Below are positions 10,700-21,378 of a stretch of DNA of 64,000 bases, in pieces; position 1 is the first letter of the stretch, and each line of letters starts with the position of its first letter. A model generated the notes under the pieces. That model was not told where the DNA came from and made no database searches. It worked only from the letters and a program-made list of their open reading frames with translations. Source of the stretch: Oligoflexales bacterium (GTDB lineage: Bacteria > Bdellovibrionota_B > Oligoflexia > Oligoflexales > Bog-1112); NCBI GenBank assembly GCA_045105515.1, contig JBGCDR010000177.1, positions 1 to 64,000 of the forward strand, read 5' to 3'. A program made the translations under genes and the position numbers.

Positions 10700-12010
10700 A
10701 TGCAGATTTTACTGATTGGAACCGGGGCAAGAGAGGATGCTCTTGCGTGGAAGATTCAAAATTCTCCCCTTTTTCATCAGGGTTCAGTTGGAAAACTCTA
10801 CACCTGGCCAAAAGAGTTTTCTCTTGTAGAAGATACTCAACAACTAGATTTAACAGCAGATGCAAGTTGGGAGCAACTTGCAGATAAAGTCCTAGAATTA
10901 AAAATTGATTTAGCCATTTGTGGACCTGAGACTCCTTTAGCAGAAGGAATTAAACAAGTTTTTGAGGCCAGAGGATTAAGGATTTTTGGCCCGTCAAAAG
11001 AAGCAGCAATGCTCGAATCTTCTAAGGTATTTGCTAAAAATCTCATGAAAGAAGCAAAGATACCAACCGCAGATTTCCTGGTAGCCCACAGTAGGGAAGA
11101 GTGTTTAGCCTATGCGAAGGATTTTCTTAAACAGGATGGAAAGGTTGTTTTAAAGGCTGATGGACTAGCTTCCGGCAAAGGCGTTTTTGTCTGTCAAGAT
11201 TTGACAGACTTGGAAGCTGGGCTTTGTTCGCTCTATTCTTTACCGCTTAATCAATCTAGTGCCAAAGTTTTGGTAGAGCGTTGTCTTGTAGGGAGGGAAT
11301 GTTCTCACTTTACCATCATTAATAAGCACACCGAGAGTTTCTTAGGTTTTGCTGTGGATTTTAAAAGAGCGTTTGATGGAGATCAGGGGCCTAATACAGG
11401 TGGAATGGGCTGCTATACCCCCGTACCCTGGTTGCCTGAAAATGCACATAGCTTAGTCATGCAAAAAGTGATTAACCCTCTTAAAAATACTCTAAATAAA
11501 AGGGGATTATCTTATGAAGGGTTCCTTTATGTGGGACTAATGTGGACTGAATTGGGCCCGATGGTCATCGAATTTAATGTAAGGTTAGGTGATCCTGAAG
11601 CTCAGGTTCTAGCTGTGCATGATTCTAAAGATTGGCTAGAGTTGATTTTGAAAGAACGTGCGGAGAGTATTGAGTTAATAGATAGTAATAGAGAAAAAAC
11701 TGTTGCCATAGTGATGGCCTCTGATAATTATCCTTTCCCAAAAAAACCAAGTTTGCAAAATGAGTCGGTCCCTTTAACTGTATTACGAGACATTCCAGGG
11801 GTTCGGCTTTTTGGGGCTTCGATTGCTGCAAGTACGGAAGGCCATGTGCTACCTCGGGCAGGGAGGGTGTTTACTGTGGTAGCTAAAGAAGCATCTTTTT
11901 CCAAAGCTAGACAACTGACACTCGACCACTGCAAAAATATTTCAAGATTTTGGACTGCATGCCAGTGGAGGGAAGATATTGCCAAGCTAGCAGCTAGTGA
12001 AGAATCTTGA
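10700..12010 (+). CDS. purD: Phosphoribosylamine-glycine ligase
   Basis: ILLIGTGARE.ALAW, GPETPLAEG, LESSK.FAK, KADGLASGKGV, DGDQGPNTGGMG, EFNVRLGDPEAQ. Confidence 0.97.
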   Translation: MQILLIGTGAREDALAWKIQNSPLFHQGSVGKLYTWPKEFSLVEDTQQLDLTADASWEQLADKVLELKIDLAICGPETPLAEGIKQVFEARGLRIFGPSKEAAMLESSKVFAKNLMKEAKIPTADFLVAHSREECLAYAKDFLKQDGKVVLKADGLASGKGVFVCQDLTDLEAGLCSLYSLPLNQSSAKVLVERCLVGRECSHFTIINKHTESFLGFAVDFKRAFDGDQGPNTGGMGCYTPVPWLPENAHSLVMQKVINPLKNTLNKRGLSYEGFLYVGLMWTELGPMVIEFNVRLGDPEAQVLAVHDSKDWLELILKERAESIELIDSNREKTVAIVMASDNYPFPKKPSLQNESVPLTVLRDIPGVRLFGASIAASTEGHVLPRAGRVFTVVAKEASFSKARQLTLDHCKNISRFWTACQWREDIAKLAASEES

Positions 12011-12083
12011 GATAATCTGAGAGAACGATTTCTAGTTCCTGAGTTCGTTTGAACCAACTCTCTAGATTGCTAAATGCGGAGGT

Positions 12084-12968
12084 TTGTCAATGTCCTGGAT
12101 ACAAATGAAATACCTTTCATTGACAAGACTCGTTGAGCAAAAAAAGGCTTACCTATTTTTGAGATCTCTCATGCAAGATCTCGTACTTCTTGGTTTATTT
12201 AAACAAGCTGCGGCTATGGCTTATATGACTTTGCTTTCTATCGTTCCATCTTTGGCAGTATCATTTACTATGTTATCTGCATTCACTCCTTTAGCACATC
12301 AAAAGGAGTTTTCAGTAAATCTCAAACAGTGGGTCCTTTCAAAATTAACAGAGGGGGCTGGAGTTGAAGTAGCGTCTTTATTAGACCAATATATGGTGAG
12401 CTTAGACTTGACTCAGCTGGGATTGAGTGGATTTTTGGGTTTAGTTCTTAGTTTAGTTTTACTTTTGAGGCAGATTGAAATTACCTTCAATCTAATTTGG
12501 AAAGTACAGAAGAACCGGAATGCTTTTGCCCGCTTTTTTTATTTTTTGTCCCTATTATTCCTTTTTGTTTTTGTTGCTTCATTTGCCTTACTTTTACTCA
12601 GAAATTTAGGGTTTCAGTCATTTTTGCAAATAGGCTCGAGGCAGTCGATTAGTTCTTGGCTTCCAGCTTCTATGTTGAGTTATGCCGTTAGTTTTGTTTT
12701 CTTTTTTATAATTTTACAGCTCGTTCCTTACTGCAAGGTAGAGCAAAAGCCGGCATTTATAGGAGCTATGATAACGACTATACTTTTCCATTATTCCAAA
12801 TGGGGATTTTTCTATTATGTGAGATATATTGTTAATTATCAGGCAATTTACGGTGCTTTAGCAGCATTGCCTCTGTTTCTGCTATGGCTATACCTGTGTT
12901 GGGTTATTCTCTTGCTTGGTGCGGCTTTAACATGTCGATACCAACAGGAAGTATCAACTACCAAATAG
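12084..12968 (+). CDS. YihY/BrkB-family membrane protein
   Basis: AAAMAYMTLLSIVP, IE.TFN.IW, YQAIYGALAALPLFLLWLYLCWVILLLGA. Confidence 0.9.
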   Translation: MSMSWIQMKYLSLTRLVEQKKAYLFLRSLMQDLVLLGLFKQAAAMAYMTLLSIVPSLAVSFTMLSAFTPLAHQKEFSVNLKQWVLSKLTEGAGVEVASLLDQYMVSLDLTQLGLSGFLGLVLSLVLLLRQIEITFNLIWKVQKNRNAFARFFYFLSLLFLFVFVASFALLLLRNLGFQSFLQIGSRQSISSWLPASMLSYAVSFVFFFIILQLVPYCKVEQKPAFIGAMITTILFHYSKWGFFYYVRYIVNYQAIYGALAALPLFLLWLYLCWVILLLGAALTCRYQQEVSTTK

Positions 12969-13056
12969 GAAGAAAATTACCCTCTTATTCAGCTAAAAAC
13001 GTTATAAGAAAATGCTATGATTATATTGAGGGACTCGCTACTCTTAGGAATACGAT

Positions 13057-13272
13057 ATGTATGAATATTATAAATTGGTAGGAATCAGTCTTCTATTTTT
13101 CTTATTTAGTTGTGCTGGGGACAGTGGAGGTAGTGGTATATATGGCCTCAAAGAAGGCTCCAAACCAATTAATGATGCAGAAGAACTTCAGTATAAGAAA
13201 GCACTAATAAGATGCCACAAGACTGGAGGCAGTCGAATCGTAAAGATTAAAGGGAAATTAAGGTGTTTTTAA
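13057..13272 (+). CDS. Small Cys-containing lipoprotein
   Basis: Lipobox LFS-C after a hydrophobic stretch; C-HKTGG...RC-F at the C-terminus; AGGA upstream. Confidence 0.65.
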   Translation: MYEYYKLVGISLLFFLFSCAGDSGGSGIYGLKEGSKPINDAEELQYKKALIRCHKTGGSRIVKIKGKLRCF

Positions 13273-13751
13273 GACTCTTCTATGCAGGTGCCACTTAAAT
13301 CAGCTTCATCTAAAATTGCTCTACTGACATCGGTACCCTCAAAATTTGCCCGTTTTAGATTTGCCCCTCTAAAAACGGTATCAATTAATTTGGCATCTCT
13401 GAAGTCGCAGCTAGCAAGATCACTGTACGAAAAAGAAGTTCCTTCGAGATTAGCATTTGAAAAATCAGCACACTTTAGGGTTTGACCGCTCAAATCGAAT
13501 CCACTCAAATCAGCACCTTTAAAATTAGCCCTTCCTGCATGGGTGTCTTCCTTTGGATCAAGGACTTTCTCCATCCAAGCTCTATGCCCTTTTAGCACTT
13601 TTTCAAGTTCTTCACGGGTCTTAACTGATACTGGCTCTGATACAGTAAAAGTTTGATCTGGTGGTTTCTGTTCATGTGTTTCTGCTTGCCCTGGCTCTGG
13701 GCTTGTAGTTTTTATTGTTTCTTGCTTTCCATCAGAGTTGCTGATGTCCAT
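13269..13751 (-). CDS. Pentapeptide repeat protein
   Basis: A(N/D)(F/L)xx repeats, 'L..VL..H..W...G.RANF.GADLSG'; ATG 13751 has GAGGAG upstream. Confidence 0.9.
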   Translation of the reverse strand: MDISNSDGKQETIKTTSPEPGQAETHEQKPPDQTFTVSEPVSVKTREELEKVLKGHRAWMEKVLDPKEDTHAGRANFKGADLSGFDLSGQTLKCADFSNANLEGTSFSYSDLASCDFRDAKLIDTVFRGANLKRANFEGTDVSRAILDEADLSGTCIEES

Positions 13752-13846
13752 GTTTGCTCCTCGCAAGCACACTTTGTCTGGCGCTATTGATAGGGTCGAT
13801 AATTGTTTAAACGGAATTAGAGCAGCTCTTAATTTTGCTGATGCTA

Positions 13847-15415
13847 TTAGGCTAACTTTGAGCCCTGGGTTTGTGCGAGCATTTTTTTTCTAGCTTTTCC
13901 AATCTTAAATTTTTTGTGATAAGTGTCTTCGTGAGAGTCTGAGCGTCGTTTAAATACCTCTCTAAGACTGAGGTTGAGAGCAAAAGCTAGAGCTAGACCA
14001 AAATACTTTAGATTGAAAATGGTGAAAGCTATAAAAGCTGAGGCCAAGGCAGCTATTGCCGCACCCATTAGCCAACTGGTCACAACCCAAATTGCACGGC
14101 CCATTTTGAGGTCTGATCTACCGCGTGCAAACACTCGGTCTCCCCAGCCAGTAGCGATCACTGCAGCAAAACATACGTAAGTGGTTGAGACGGGTAAGCC
14201 GAGCCCCGAAGCAAATGCAATCACACAGGCACTTACAGCTAAAATGACGGAGGCTCTGAGGGGATCATAGTGAAGTTTCTTGCCATCTTCACTGCGGCCG
14301 GATGCAGGAGCAACATCTGGTAACTTGTCTTCCTCTAGCTCTGGATTTTTAGATTTCATTGAGAATTGCGCAAGGCGTACGCACCAAGCGGGAGCATAGA
14401 GCTTGACCTTGCTTTGTTGAGATGCGGTATTTATTTCTGCTCTAGTGACCCTCTGTGCTCTTTTGGTTTTCATACCTAAATACATGAGGAATCCACATGA
14501 AAAAAGCGTCCATAAAGGGATTGACATTTTTGACCCTGTATCCAAGCCTTGTTCCCAGATCATCCAGTTGGCTAAACCTGGTGAAGCACAATTGGCTAGG
14601 TCATTTTGACCGAATGCGAAAGCCATACAAATCATACCTATGACAGAAGTTGCATGGAAAAGATACTGGGTCCCTTTCCTGCCCAGGATTGTAAGAAATA
14701 AGTGAGTGAGCAAGGTGAACAAAGCCCACAGAATTATTAATAGTCCTCCGGTGCCGAGCATACCAAGGTAGCGTTCTTTCCACTCGGCAATTGCGGGAAT
14801 TTCACTCATTCCAGTTACTATCATGAACCAAGATAGTGAAACCATCATTAAGCCTGTAATCCAAGGGCCATGAAGTAAGACTAAATCATGTCTTTGCGAG
14901 TCTTTGCGTATGGCACCTCGAAACATTCTTTGGACTAGAAAGGCGATGACTCCACTGAATAAAATTGAAATGAATATTGCACCGACAACTTTACCAAGGG
15001 TGTCCCATTGCACCGCGCCAAAATCTCTGCTGACTCCGATCGCTCCCCCTGCTAAGGAAAAAACTAGAGTAGCTGTTGTGCTGACTGGTAAGCCATAACC
15101 GGAATAAGTGTAAAGCAGCACTGTATTAACGAGGTAAGAAGCGACAAAAACGCAGACGGCACCTTCGGCATCTAAGAATGCTGTGTCAAAAATTCCTTTT
15201 CGCACCGTGTCCATCACAGGGCTGGCGAATATGGCGCCAAGAATAACGAAAATACCAGCAATGGTAACTGCAGTCCTACGCTGGAGAATACGGGCTCCAA
15301 AAACTGCATTAACAAGGTTGGTGGCGTCATTGCTCCCTACTTCAATGCAGGCCCAAACAAGCATTCCTAAGGAGACAAAGGTTACCACGGACACGAAATT
15401 GATTGAGATTTCCAA
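13847..15415 (-). CDS. PiT-family inorganic phosphate transporter
   Basis: Two PiT signatures, VGSNDATN...GLPVSTT and FGQNDLAN...GLPVSTTY; multiple TM helices. Confidence 0.9.
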   Translation of the reverse strand: MEISINFVSVVTFVSLGMLVWACIEVGSNDATNLVNAVFGARILQRRTAVTIAGIFVILGAIFASPVMDTVRKGIFDTAFLDAEGAVCVFVASYLVNTVLLYTYSGYGLPVSTTATLVFSLAGGAIGVSRDFGAVQWDTLGKVVGAIFISILFSGVIAFLVQRMFRGAIRKDSQRHDLVLLHGPWITGLMMVSLSWFMIVTGMSEIPAIAEWKERYLGMLGTGGLLIILWALFTLLTHLFLTILGRKGTQYLFHATSVIGMICMAFAFGQNDLANCASPGLANWMIWEQGLDTGSKMSIPLWTLFSCGFLMYLGMKTKRAQRVTRAEINTASQQSKVKLYAPAWCVRLAQFSMKSKNPELEEDKLPDVAPASGRSEDGKKLHYDPLRASVILAVSACVIAFASGLGLPVSTTYVCFAAVIATGWGDRVFARGRSDLKMGRAIWVVTSWLMGAAIAALASAFIAFTIFNLKYFGLALAFALNLSLREVFKRRSDSHEDTYHKKFKIGKARKKMLAQTQGSKLA

Positions 15416-15621
15416 GGGGCATCCCTCCGGGAAAGGTTTCCTTATCTAACATCTACATTTGCTGTATCAGAAAATCGCGCTATCTACAAAGTATATCTTT
15501 GCCTGTGTTTTTAACCTTAAAAACTCGATTTATTATGAATTTGCCTTAGCTTTCTAGTTTATGCTTTGGTTTTATGCACTTTTTTTTGCAAAGTAGGGAT
15601 CTTAAAAGATAGGGAGTGGTC

Positions 15622-15661
15622 TTGACAAAAGACTATAACATTATAATATAACGGTCGTTAT
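15622..15661 (+). promoter_or_regulatory. Sigma70-type promoter and probable TetR operator
   Basis: TTGACA at 15622-15627 with TAATAT 16 nt downstream (15644-15649). Palindrome ATAACG-GT-CGTTAT at 15648-15661 overlaps the -10/TSS, just upstream of the tetR RBS. Confidence 0.7.
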
Positions 15662-15676
15662 GACAAAAGAGGTATT

Positions 15677-16276
15677 ATGCCAAAGATTGTTGATCACGAA
15701 CAAATGCGTAAGGAGCTGCTTTCACATAGTTTTCATTATTTCGCCTATCAGGGGTACAAAGGTGTAACAATGAGAAGTTTAGCTAAAGCATTGGATATCT
15801 CTACTGGCACTCTCTACCACTACTTTGCTAATAAGTCTGACCTATTTACACAGATGTTGTATCTTCTTGCGCAAGATGACCTAGATGAGGTTGTTTCTCG
15901 CCTTGGCGATGGAGCTGAATCTGCGCACAGACTTTCAGTGCTTTTTGATTTTATATCTGAAAAAGAGGAATATTTTCGCAAGCTCATTTTTATCTTCTGT
16001 GACCTTTATCGATCCGATACCGATGGGACTAACAACTGTGATTCTGACTATATAGTAAGTGAAGCTAGCTCTTATTTTTTAAAAGTTACTAGCATTTACG
16101 CTGATGCAATTGATAAACACCTTGGCCTTTCTCAAAAGATGGGTCAGATGGTGATTAGTTTTGTAATTGGGCAGCTTCTACTGAAGTTGATAGACCGGAA
16201 TCAAGAAGGGTCTGTTCAATTTTTACAGTGGTTTACAAACTTAGTTAGCGTGGACCATAAAGCAATGCTCCAGTAG
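15677..16276 (+). CDS. TetR/AcrR-family transcriptional regulator
   Basis: MPKIVDH...F...GY.GVTMRSLAKALDISTGTLYHYFANKSDL HTH signature. Confidence 0.95.
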   Translation: MPKIVDHEQMRKELLSHSFHYFAYQGYKGVTMRSLAKALDISTGTLYHYFANKSDLFTQMLYLLAQDDLDEVVSRLGDGAESAHRLSVLFDFISEKEEYFRKLIFIFCDLYRSDTDGTNNCDSDYIVSEASSYFLKVTSIYADAIDKHLGLSQKMGQMVISFVIGQLLLKLIDRNQEGSVQFLQWFTNLVSVDHKAMLQ

Positions 16277-16310
16277 AGCATGCCCTCCAGTAATTAAGAG
16301 GAGGATTATT

Positions 16311-17339
16311 TTGGATTATGCAAAGTTTTATCTTAGCTTATGTGTTGTTTCTGTTACTATCGCTGGATTTTGGCATGGAGGTGTTTGGAGCTGTCTTGGC
16401 TTGGGCATTATCTTACTGTTGATGATAGTTGGAGACTTTCTCTTAGGTCTTGACCTCTCCCAACCTCAATTTAGAAAAACATGGCTTTTAAAGCTCCCCC
16501 TATATTTTTGCCTTCCCGCAATGGTTTTGTTGCATATTAGCATTGCAAGCTCGGCTAAAACTATGTTTTTGAGCTCTCAAACAATAATAGTAGATGTGTT
16601 GGCACTGATTGGCGGGTGTTTTACTATGATGGGCTATGGGATTGTAGTAGGACATGAGCTCGTGCACATGACTCGTTCTAAAATCTCTGTTCTAATGGGC
16701 AGGCTTCTCTATTCTATGATCGGCAATCCAGATTTTTCTATAGAACATGTTTATATTCACCACGCATACTTAGGAACTAGCAAAGATCCAGCAACTGCTA
16801 AAAAGGGTGAAAGCGTTTATCGTTTTTTTTTAAGATCTAGTTTGCAAGGGCATCTTGCATCTTGGAAGTTTGAGCTGGACCGATTAGAGAGAGCTAAAAT
16901 TTCCGCCTATTCTATAAAAAATAGAATGATAAGTGGGTACTTCATGTGTCTAATATGGCCGATATTATATTTTTCCTTTAGTGGTTTGACGGGATTGATT
17001 GTTTGTCTAAGCTTAATGATGACAGGGAAGTTTATTTTTGAAGCAATAAATTATGTTGAGCATTATGGTTTAGAGCGCGCTTTGAATGAACCCATTGCTC
17101 CTCATCATTCATGGAATTGTAATACGAGGGTGAGTTATATCGTATTGCTTGGTCTAGCTAGACATTCAGCTCACCATGAAAGTGGGCAAACACCTTATTG
17201 GCAGCTCTCAGCATATCCCAATGCACCGCAGATGCCATTTGGTTACCTAATCAGCTTACTAGCATCTTTAATTCCTTCATTATGGTTTAGAATTATGCAA
17301 CCCAAGCTTCAGCGTTGGCATGAGCAGTATCAAAACTAG
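16311..17339 (+). CDS. alkB: AlkB-like alkane 1-monooxygenase / membrane di-iron hydroxylase
   Basis: His boxes HELVH, EHVYIHH, NYVEHYG, LARHSAHH; DPATA..GES, HSWN, APQMP.GY; TTG start with GAGGAGG RBS. Confidence 0.88.
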   Translation: MDYAKFYLSLCVVSVTIAGFWHGGVWSCLGLGIILLLMIVGDFLLGLDLSQPQFRKTWLLKLPLYFCLPAMVLLHISIASSAKTMFLSSQTIIVDVLALIGGCFTMMGYGIVVGHELVHMTRSKISVLMGRLLYSMIGNPDFSIEHVYIHHAYLGTSKDPATAKKGESVYRFFLRSSLQGHLASWKFELDRLERAKISAYSIKNRMISGYFMCLIWPILYFSFSGLTGLIVCLSLMMTGKFIFEAINYVEHYGLERALNEPIAPHHSWNCNTRVSYIVLLGLARHSAHHESGQTPYWQLSAYPNAPQMPFGYLISLLASLIPSLWFRIMQPKLQRWHEQYQN

Positions 17340-17506
17340 GTGGCTTATTGGGTGATGAAACTAGCATCGGTAGAACTTTTAATCATCATTTTTAGGATTT
17401 ATTTCAACGTATTAGAGCAATGATAATAATTATAACCGATCTTATTTCCAGGTGGATACCGCGTTTGCTTGTTCAGGGATTGGTTATGATTTAGTGCAAA
17501 AATTTT

Positions 17507-17983
17507 ATGATTACTTTAACTTGTGTGCTTGTCAGCTTGCGGTAAAGAATCCTTTAATATCGTAGAGGTAGAAACTCAAGATATTGGCGAGTCTTCGATA
17601 GATAGTGCGTGTTCTACAAGTGATGCAGAAGCTGCAAATAAAGAGGCAAATTCGAAGCCTCAGATAATTATACGGAAGGAACAGCAAATTCGATAGAAGC
17701 CGCTAAAGCTGATGCCGAAGCCGCAAAAGCAGCTGCTGAAACAGCGCAAGCAGAAGCAGAGTCTGCAAATGCGGCAGTAGAGCTGGCAAAGTCAGAATCT
17801 GAGGCAGCTAAAGCAGAAACGGTCGTTGCGCAAGCAGAGGCAGAGGCAGCCCAAGCTGCAAAAGCAGAATTAGATGCAGCAATAGCAGGTACCACAAAGT
17901 ATGTTTATAATGGACAAATTTATAACAGGCGTTCTTTAGATGATACGGATGACTGTGATAGTAGTTTAGAATGCTCTGAATAA
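17507..17983 (+). pseudogene. Frameshifted Ala/Glu-rich lipoprotein remnant
   Basis: LSA-CGK lipobox frame 17529-17696. A second frame (17642-17983) has no start codon and reads ...AAKADAEAAKAAAETAQAEAE...AELDAAIAGTTKYVYNG...; the signal-like MITLTCVLVS lies in a third frame. Confidence 0.6.
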
Positions 17984-18147
17984 GAATTATGTTTAAATTC
18001 TGTTGCCGAATAAGAAAACCAGCTTAGCAACGACGCTTTATTTCCTCACAACGGTGACCCAACCTACCCCAGCCAATCTCAATCTGGCAATGAGCAATGT
18101 CGGTAGAATATCTCTTCATTTAGATTTAATTGAGCTTGGTTCGTAAC

Positions 18148-21100
18148 TTAGGTGTTTTCGTCCTTTGTTGGATTATCTAAGTCTTTTTTTAGCTGATCAA
18201 TAGCCTTTGCAGTAGAGGGAGAAATGCTGGTGCTCTGAATACTTGAATGTTTATTTAACGACTGGTGCTTCCAAGGTATGAGAGATAATAAGTCATCCCT
18301 AATCATATATAAACAAGGCACAAAGAATAAGATAAGCACGGTACCAAAAATGAGACCGTAGCTCATTGCAAGTGCAGCTGGTTCTAGGAAAAGGTCTCGT
18401 CCACCGATTCCATAGACTAAGGGCAACAAACCTACAACAGTAGTAATAGTTGTCATCCATACCGCCCGAAATCGTCTACCACCAGCGTAGATGCATGCTT
18501 CTTTACTGCTCATCCCACGCTTTCTAGCATTGTTGATGAAATCCACTAAGACAATTGAGTCGTTAATAACCACACCGCTAAGGCCAATCATACCAATCAT
18601 GCCTAAAAAACTCAGAGGCAACTGATGAACATAAAAAGCTAAAATTACGCCAATAATTCCAAAGGGAATAGCTGCCATGATAACAAATGGTTGGCTTAAG
18701 GTTTTAAATTGAGTGACCAATATGAAGTAGATGATAAGGAGAGCAACCATGAATGAGCTTTGCAAATTTTCAACGCTTTCGTTGGTATCTTCATATTCCC
18801 CACCTGCTAAGATTTCAGTATGTGGAAATTTTTTTTCCAAGTCATCAAGCTTTGGTACTAGTGATTGATTTATTTCTAGACTTGTAGCTCCTCCGTGGAG
18901 GTTCGCACTAATTGTTGCAGTACGAAGTCCATCTTTATGACCTATATAGTTTAAGCCTGGAAGTTGCGTTACTTTGGCTACTTTATTGAATGCTACCGAT
19001 TTACCTAGTTTATTGGTTAAATATGAACTTTTGAGTGATTTTAGTAGGTCCTGATTTTTATCATTAAACTTTACTCTCAAAGATCTTCTTTCACCATTAA
19101 GGTCGATTTTACTAGGGATGATCCCATCGACTATGGCTCTTACATGGTAAGACAGCTGCTGGTTATCTAGAAAGGATTTCGCTAGCTCATCTTCTTTTGG
19201 TTTGATTCTGAGCTCATCTTTACCAGATACAAGACTGCTTCTGACATCGGTGACACCGGTCGTTTTTTCTAGAAGTTGCTTCACATTATTACTGGCAGCT
19301 TGCAACTGTTCTAAGTCTTCTCCTGACAGTGAAATTGCTATAGGCTTTCCAACCGGAGGGCCTAGGTTGATTTTATCAAAGCTTACATGAGTAAAACCTT
19401 CGACCTTTTTTAGGGTTTCAATTTTTGGACGTAACAACTCGATGATAGCATCTGCCGAGATATTTTGTTTAGATTTGTCAGTCAATGTTAATAAAACCTG
19501 CCCCATAAATGGTCCAAATTTTGAGAGAAGATCATTTGGATTATCTTGGATTAATCCTATGCTAGTAATGTAATGCTCATAATTTTCTTTGGGTAGTGAT
19601 TCAACCACCTTTTCAATTGCTTTAAAACTTTCTGAAGTTTTATCGAGGCTTGTATCGTAGGGCAACTCTGCTTGGATAATAACACTTTTCGCATCATCAG
19701 TAGGGAACAATATAATGTCCATATGAAACTTTGCCAAATATAGACAAAATATGAGCAAACAGATAATGGATGCAACAAATACGTAACGAAAATTTAGCAT
19801 AGCCGAAAGTAGCTTAGTGTAGAGAGTTTTTATAAGTGGTTCTTTATTTTTTCGCTTATTGCCAGAGTTATCTTGGTTAAGATTATGTTCTTTTTTGTGG
19901 ATAAATCTGAGTACATCAAAGGCATGCGACGGTAAAATTATCATTGATTCTAGTAAACTCATTAGCAGGGTTATTATAATGACAAGTGGTAGAGCATAGA
20001 TAAATTTGCCAATAAGTCCTGACATGTTCATAAGTGGAGAAAATGCAGCTATCGTTGTTAGTATTGTAACAGTAACAGGAAAAAAAACTTCCTTGGTTCC
20101 TTTTACAGTTGCTGCCCAAGGCGATTCACCTTTTTCATAGTGTTGCCAGATGTTTTCAGCGACAATGATAGAATCATCCACTACCATGCCTATCACCATG
20201 ACTAAGCCAAACATTGTGATCAAATTAATAGTCATTCCCTGAAAGTACATAACTATTATTGTTGAGAAAAAAGCTATGGGCATTCCAATTGCGGTAACAA
20301 AAGCGATGCCCTTGGCTAAAAATAATAAAAGAAACAGTAAGACTAAGAGGAATCCGAATCCACCATTGTTGAATAATATACCAAGTCGGCTGTTGACCAT
20401 AGAACTAAGATCATTCGTGAAGTTAACTTCCAGTCCTGGTACTTTAGTCTTCGATAGAAAATTATCTGTAATATCTTTAATATCTTCCACTAAATCAACG
20501 ATATCTCCTTTGAGCTTTTTTTGTACCAAAATATTTACTGAAGATTTACCATTAGTTCTAAATTTTAAGCTACCCTTTTTTAATGATCGCTTGACAGTAG
20601 CAATATCCTTGAGTCTAATAATCTGTGAAGGGCTTGCTCTTAAAGGAATATTTTTGAGTTCTTCAATACTACTTGCTTCACCCACTGTTCTAACCAAAAA
20701 ATGATTGCTATCTACTTCTAAGCTACCTGCTGGTAAGTTAATGTTTTTATTTTTTATGGCATTTATGATTTCGCCAATGCTTAAATGATTTTTTCTTGTT
20801 GCCTCTGGGTTGATCTCTACCCAAATTTCTTCATCTCGGTAACCTCTTAGAATGGTTTTTTTACTGTCCTCAAGGTCGTTGATTCTTTCACTCAGATCCT
20901 TTGCAAGCTCCTGGATTTTACGATAAGAAACTTCTGCACTGACTGAGATTTCTAAAATAAATATTTCTGATGAATCAGATACTAAAACATAGGGAAGGTC
21001 TTCAACTTCATCCGGTAAATCCTGAATATTTTGAGCTTCACGTCTGATATCATCAATGAGTTGATCGCGCTCTCTTTGGCCTAAATCTGGGTCAAGCTCT

Positions 21101-21378
21101 AGAGTAATGCGGCTTTGGCTTTCGACACTAGAGCTACTCATTTTTTTTATACCAGATAAGCCTTTTAGTTGATCTTCAATGTTGTTTGTCACATAAGCTT
21201 CTACCTGTCTTGGGCTTGCTCCAGGGTAGTTTGTAAAGATATCAACAATGTCTAAATCCACTGGTGGGTATGCTTCCCTACGGATATTAAAAGAGCAATA
21301 AATCCCAACTCCAATAATAAGGACGGTTAAAAGATTGATGACAAGAGAATTATTTAAGATGGGCTTTAAAAGACTCAC
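18148..21378 (-). CDS. RND-family (AcrB/AcrD/AcrF) transporter permease
   Basis: YPGASP..VE..VT..IE, GMVVDDSIIVAEN, TTIAAFSPL, RFRAVWMTTITTVVGLLPL; 1076 aa. Confidence 0.95.
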   Translation of the reverse strand: MSLLKPILNNSLVINLLTVLIIGVGIYCSFNIRREAYPPVDLDIVDIFTNYPGASPRQVEAYVTNNIEDQLKGLSGIKKMSSSSVESQSRITLELDPDLGQRERDQLIDDIRREAQNIQDLPDEVEDLPYVLVSDSSEIFILEISVSAEVSYRKIQELAKDLSERINDLEDSKKTILRGYRDEEIWVEINPEATRKNHLSIGEIINAIKNKNINLPAGSLEVDSNHFLVRTVGEASSIEELKNIPLRASPSQIIRLKDIATVKRSLKKGSLKFRTNGKSSVNILVQKKLKGDIVDLVEDIKDITDNFLSKTKVPGLEVNFTNDLSSMVNSRLGILFNNGGFGFLLVLLFLLLFLAKGIAFVTAIGMPIAFFSTIIVMYFQGMTINLITMFGLVMVIGMVVDDSIIVAENIWQHYEKGESPWAATVKGTKEVFFPVTVTILTTIAAFSPLMNMSGLIGKFIYALPLVIIITLLMSLLESMIILPSHAFDVLRFIHKKEHNLNQDNSGNKRKNKEPLIKTLYTKLLSAMLNFRYVFVASIICLLIFCLYLAKFHMDIILFPTDDAKSVIIQAELPYDTSLDKTSESFKAIEKVVESLPKENYEHYITSIGLIQDNPNDLLSKFGPFMGQVLLTLTDKSKQNISADAIIELLRPKIETLKKVEGFTHVSFDKINLGPPVGKPIAISLSGEDLEQLQAASNNVKQLLEKTTGVTDVRSSLVSGKDELRIKPKEDELAKSFLDNQQLSYHVRAIVDGIIPSKIDLNGERRSLRVKFNDKNQDLLKSLKSSYLTNKLGKSVAFNKVAKVTQLPGLNYIGHKDGLRTATISANLHGGATSLEINQSLVPKLDDLEKKFPHTEILAGGEYEDTNESVENLQSSFMVALLIIYFILVTQFKTLSQPFVIMAAIPFGIIGVILAFYVHQLPLSFLGMIGMIGLSGVVINDSIVLVDFINNARKRGMSSKEACIYAGGRRFRAVWMTTITTVVGLLPLVYGIGGRDLFLEPAALAMSYGLIFGTVLILFFVPCLYMIRDDLLSLIPWKHQSLNKHSSIQSTSISPSTAKAIDQLKKDLDNPTKDENT

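Noticed and set aside
13280..13530. Short periodic repeats
   Set aside because: Explained by pentapeptide-repeat coding; not CRISPR or a tandem DNA repeat.
17668..17895. 75-aa Ala/Ser-rich minus-strand ORF
   Set aside because: Antisense shadow of the plus-strand Ala/Glu-rich frame (GCA/GAA codons).
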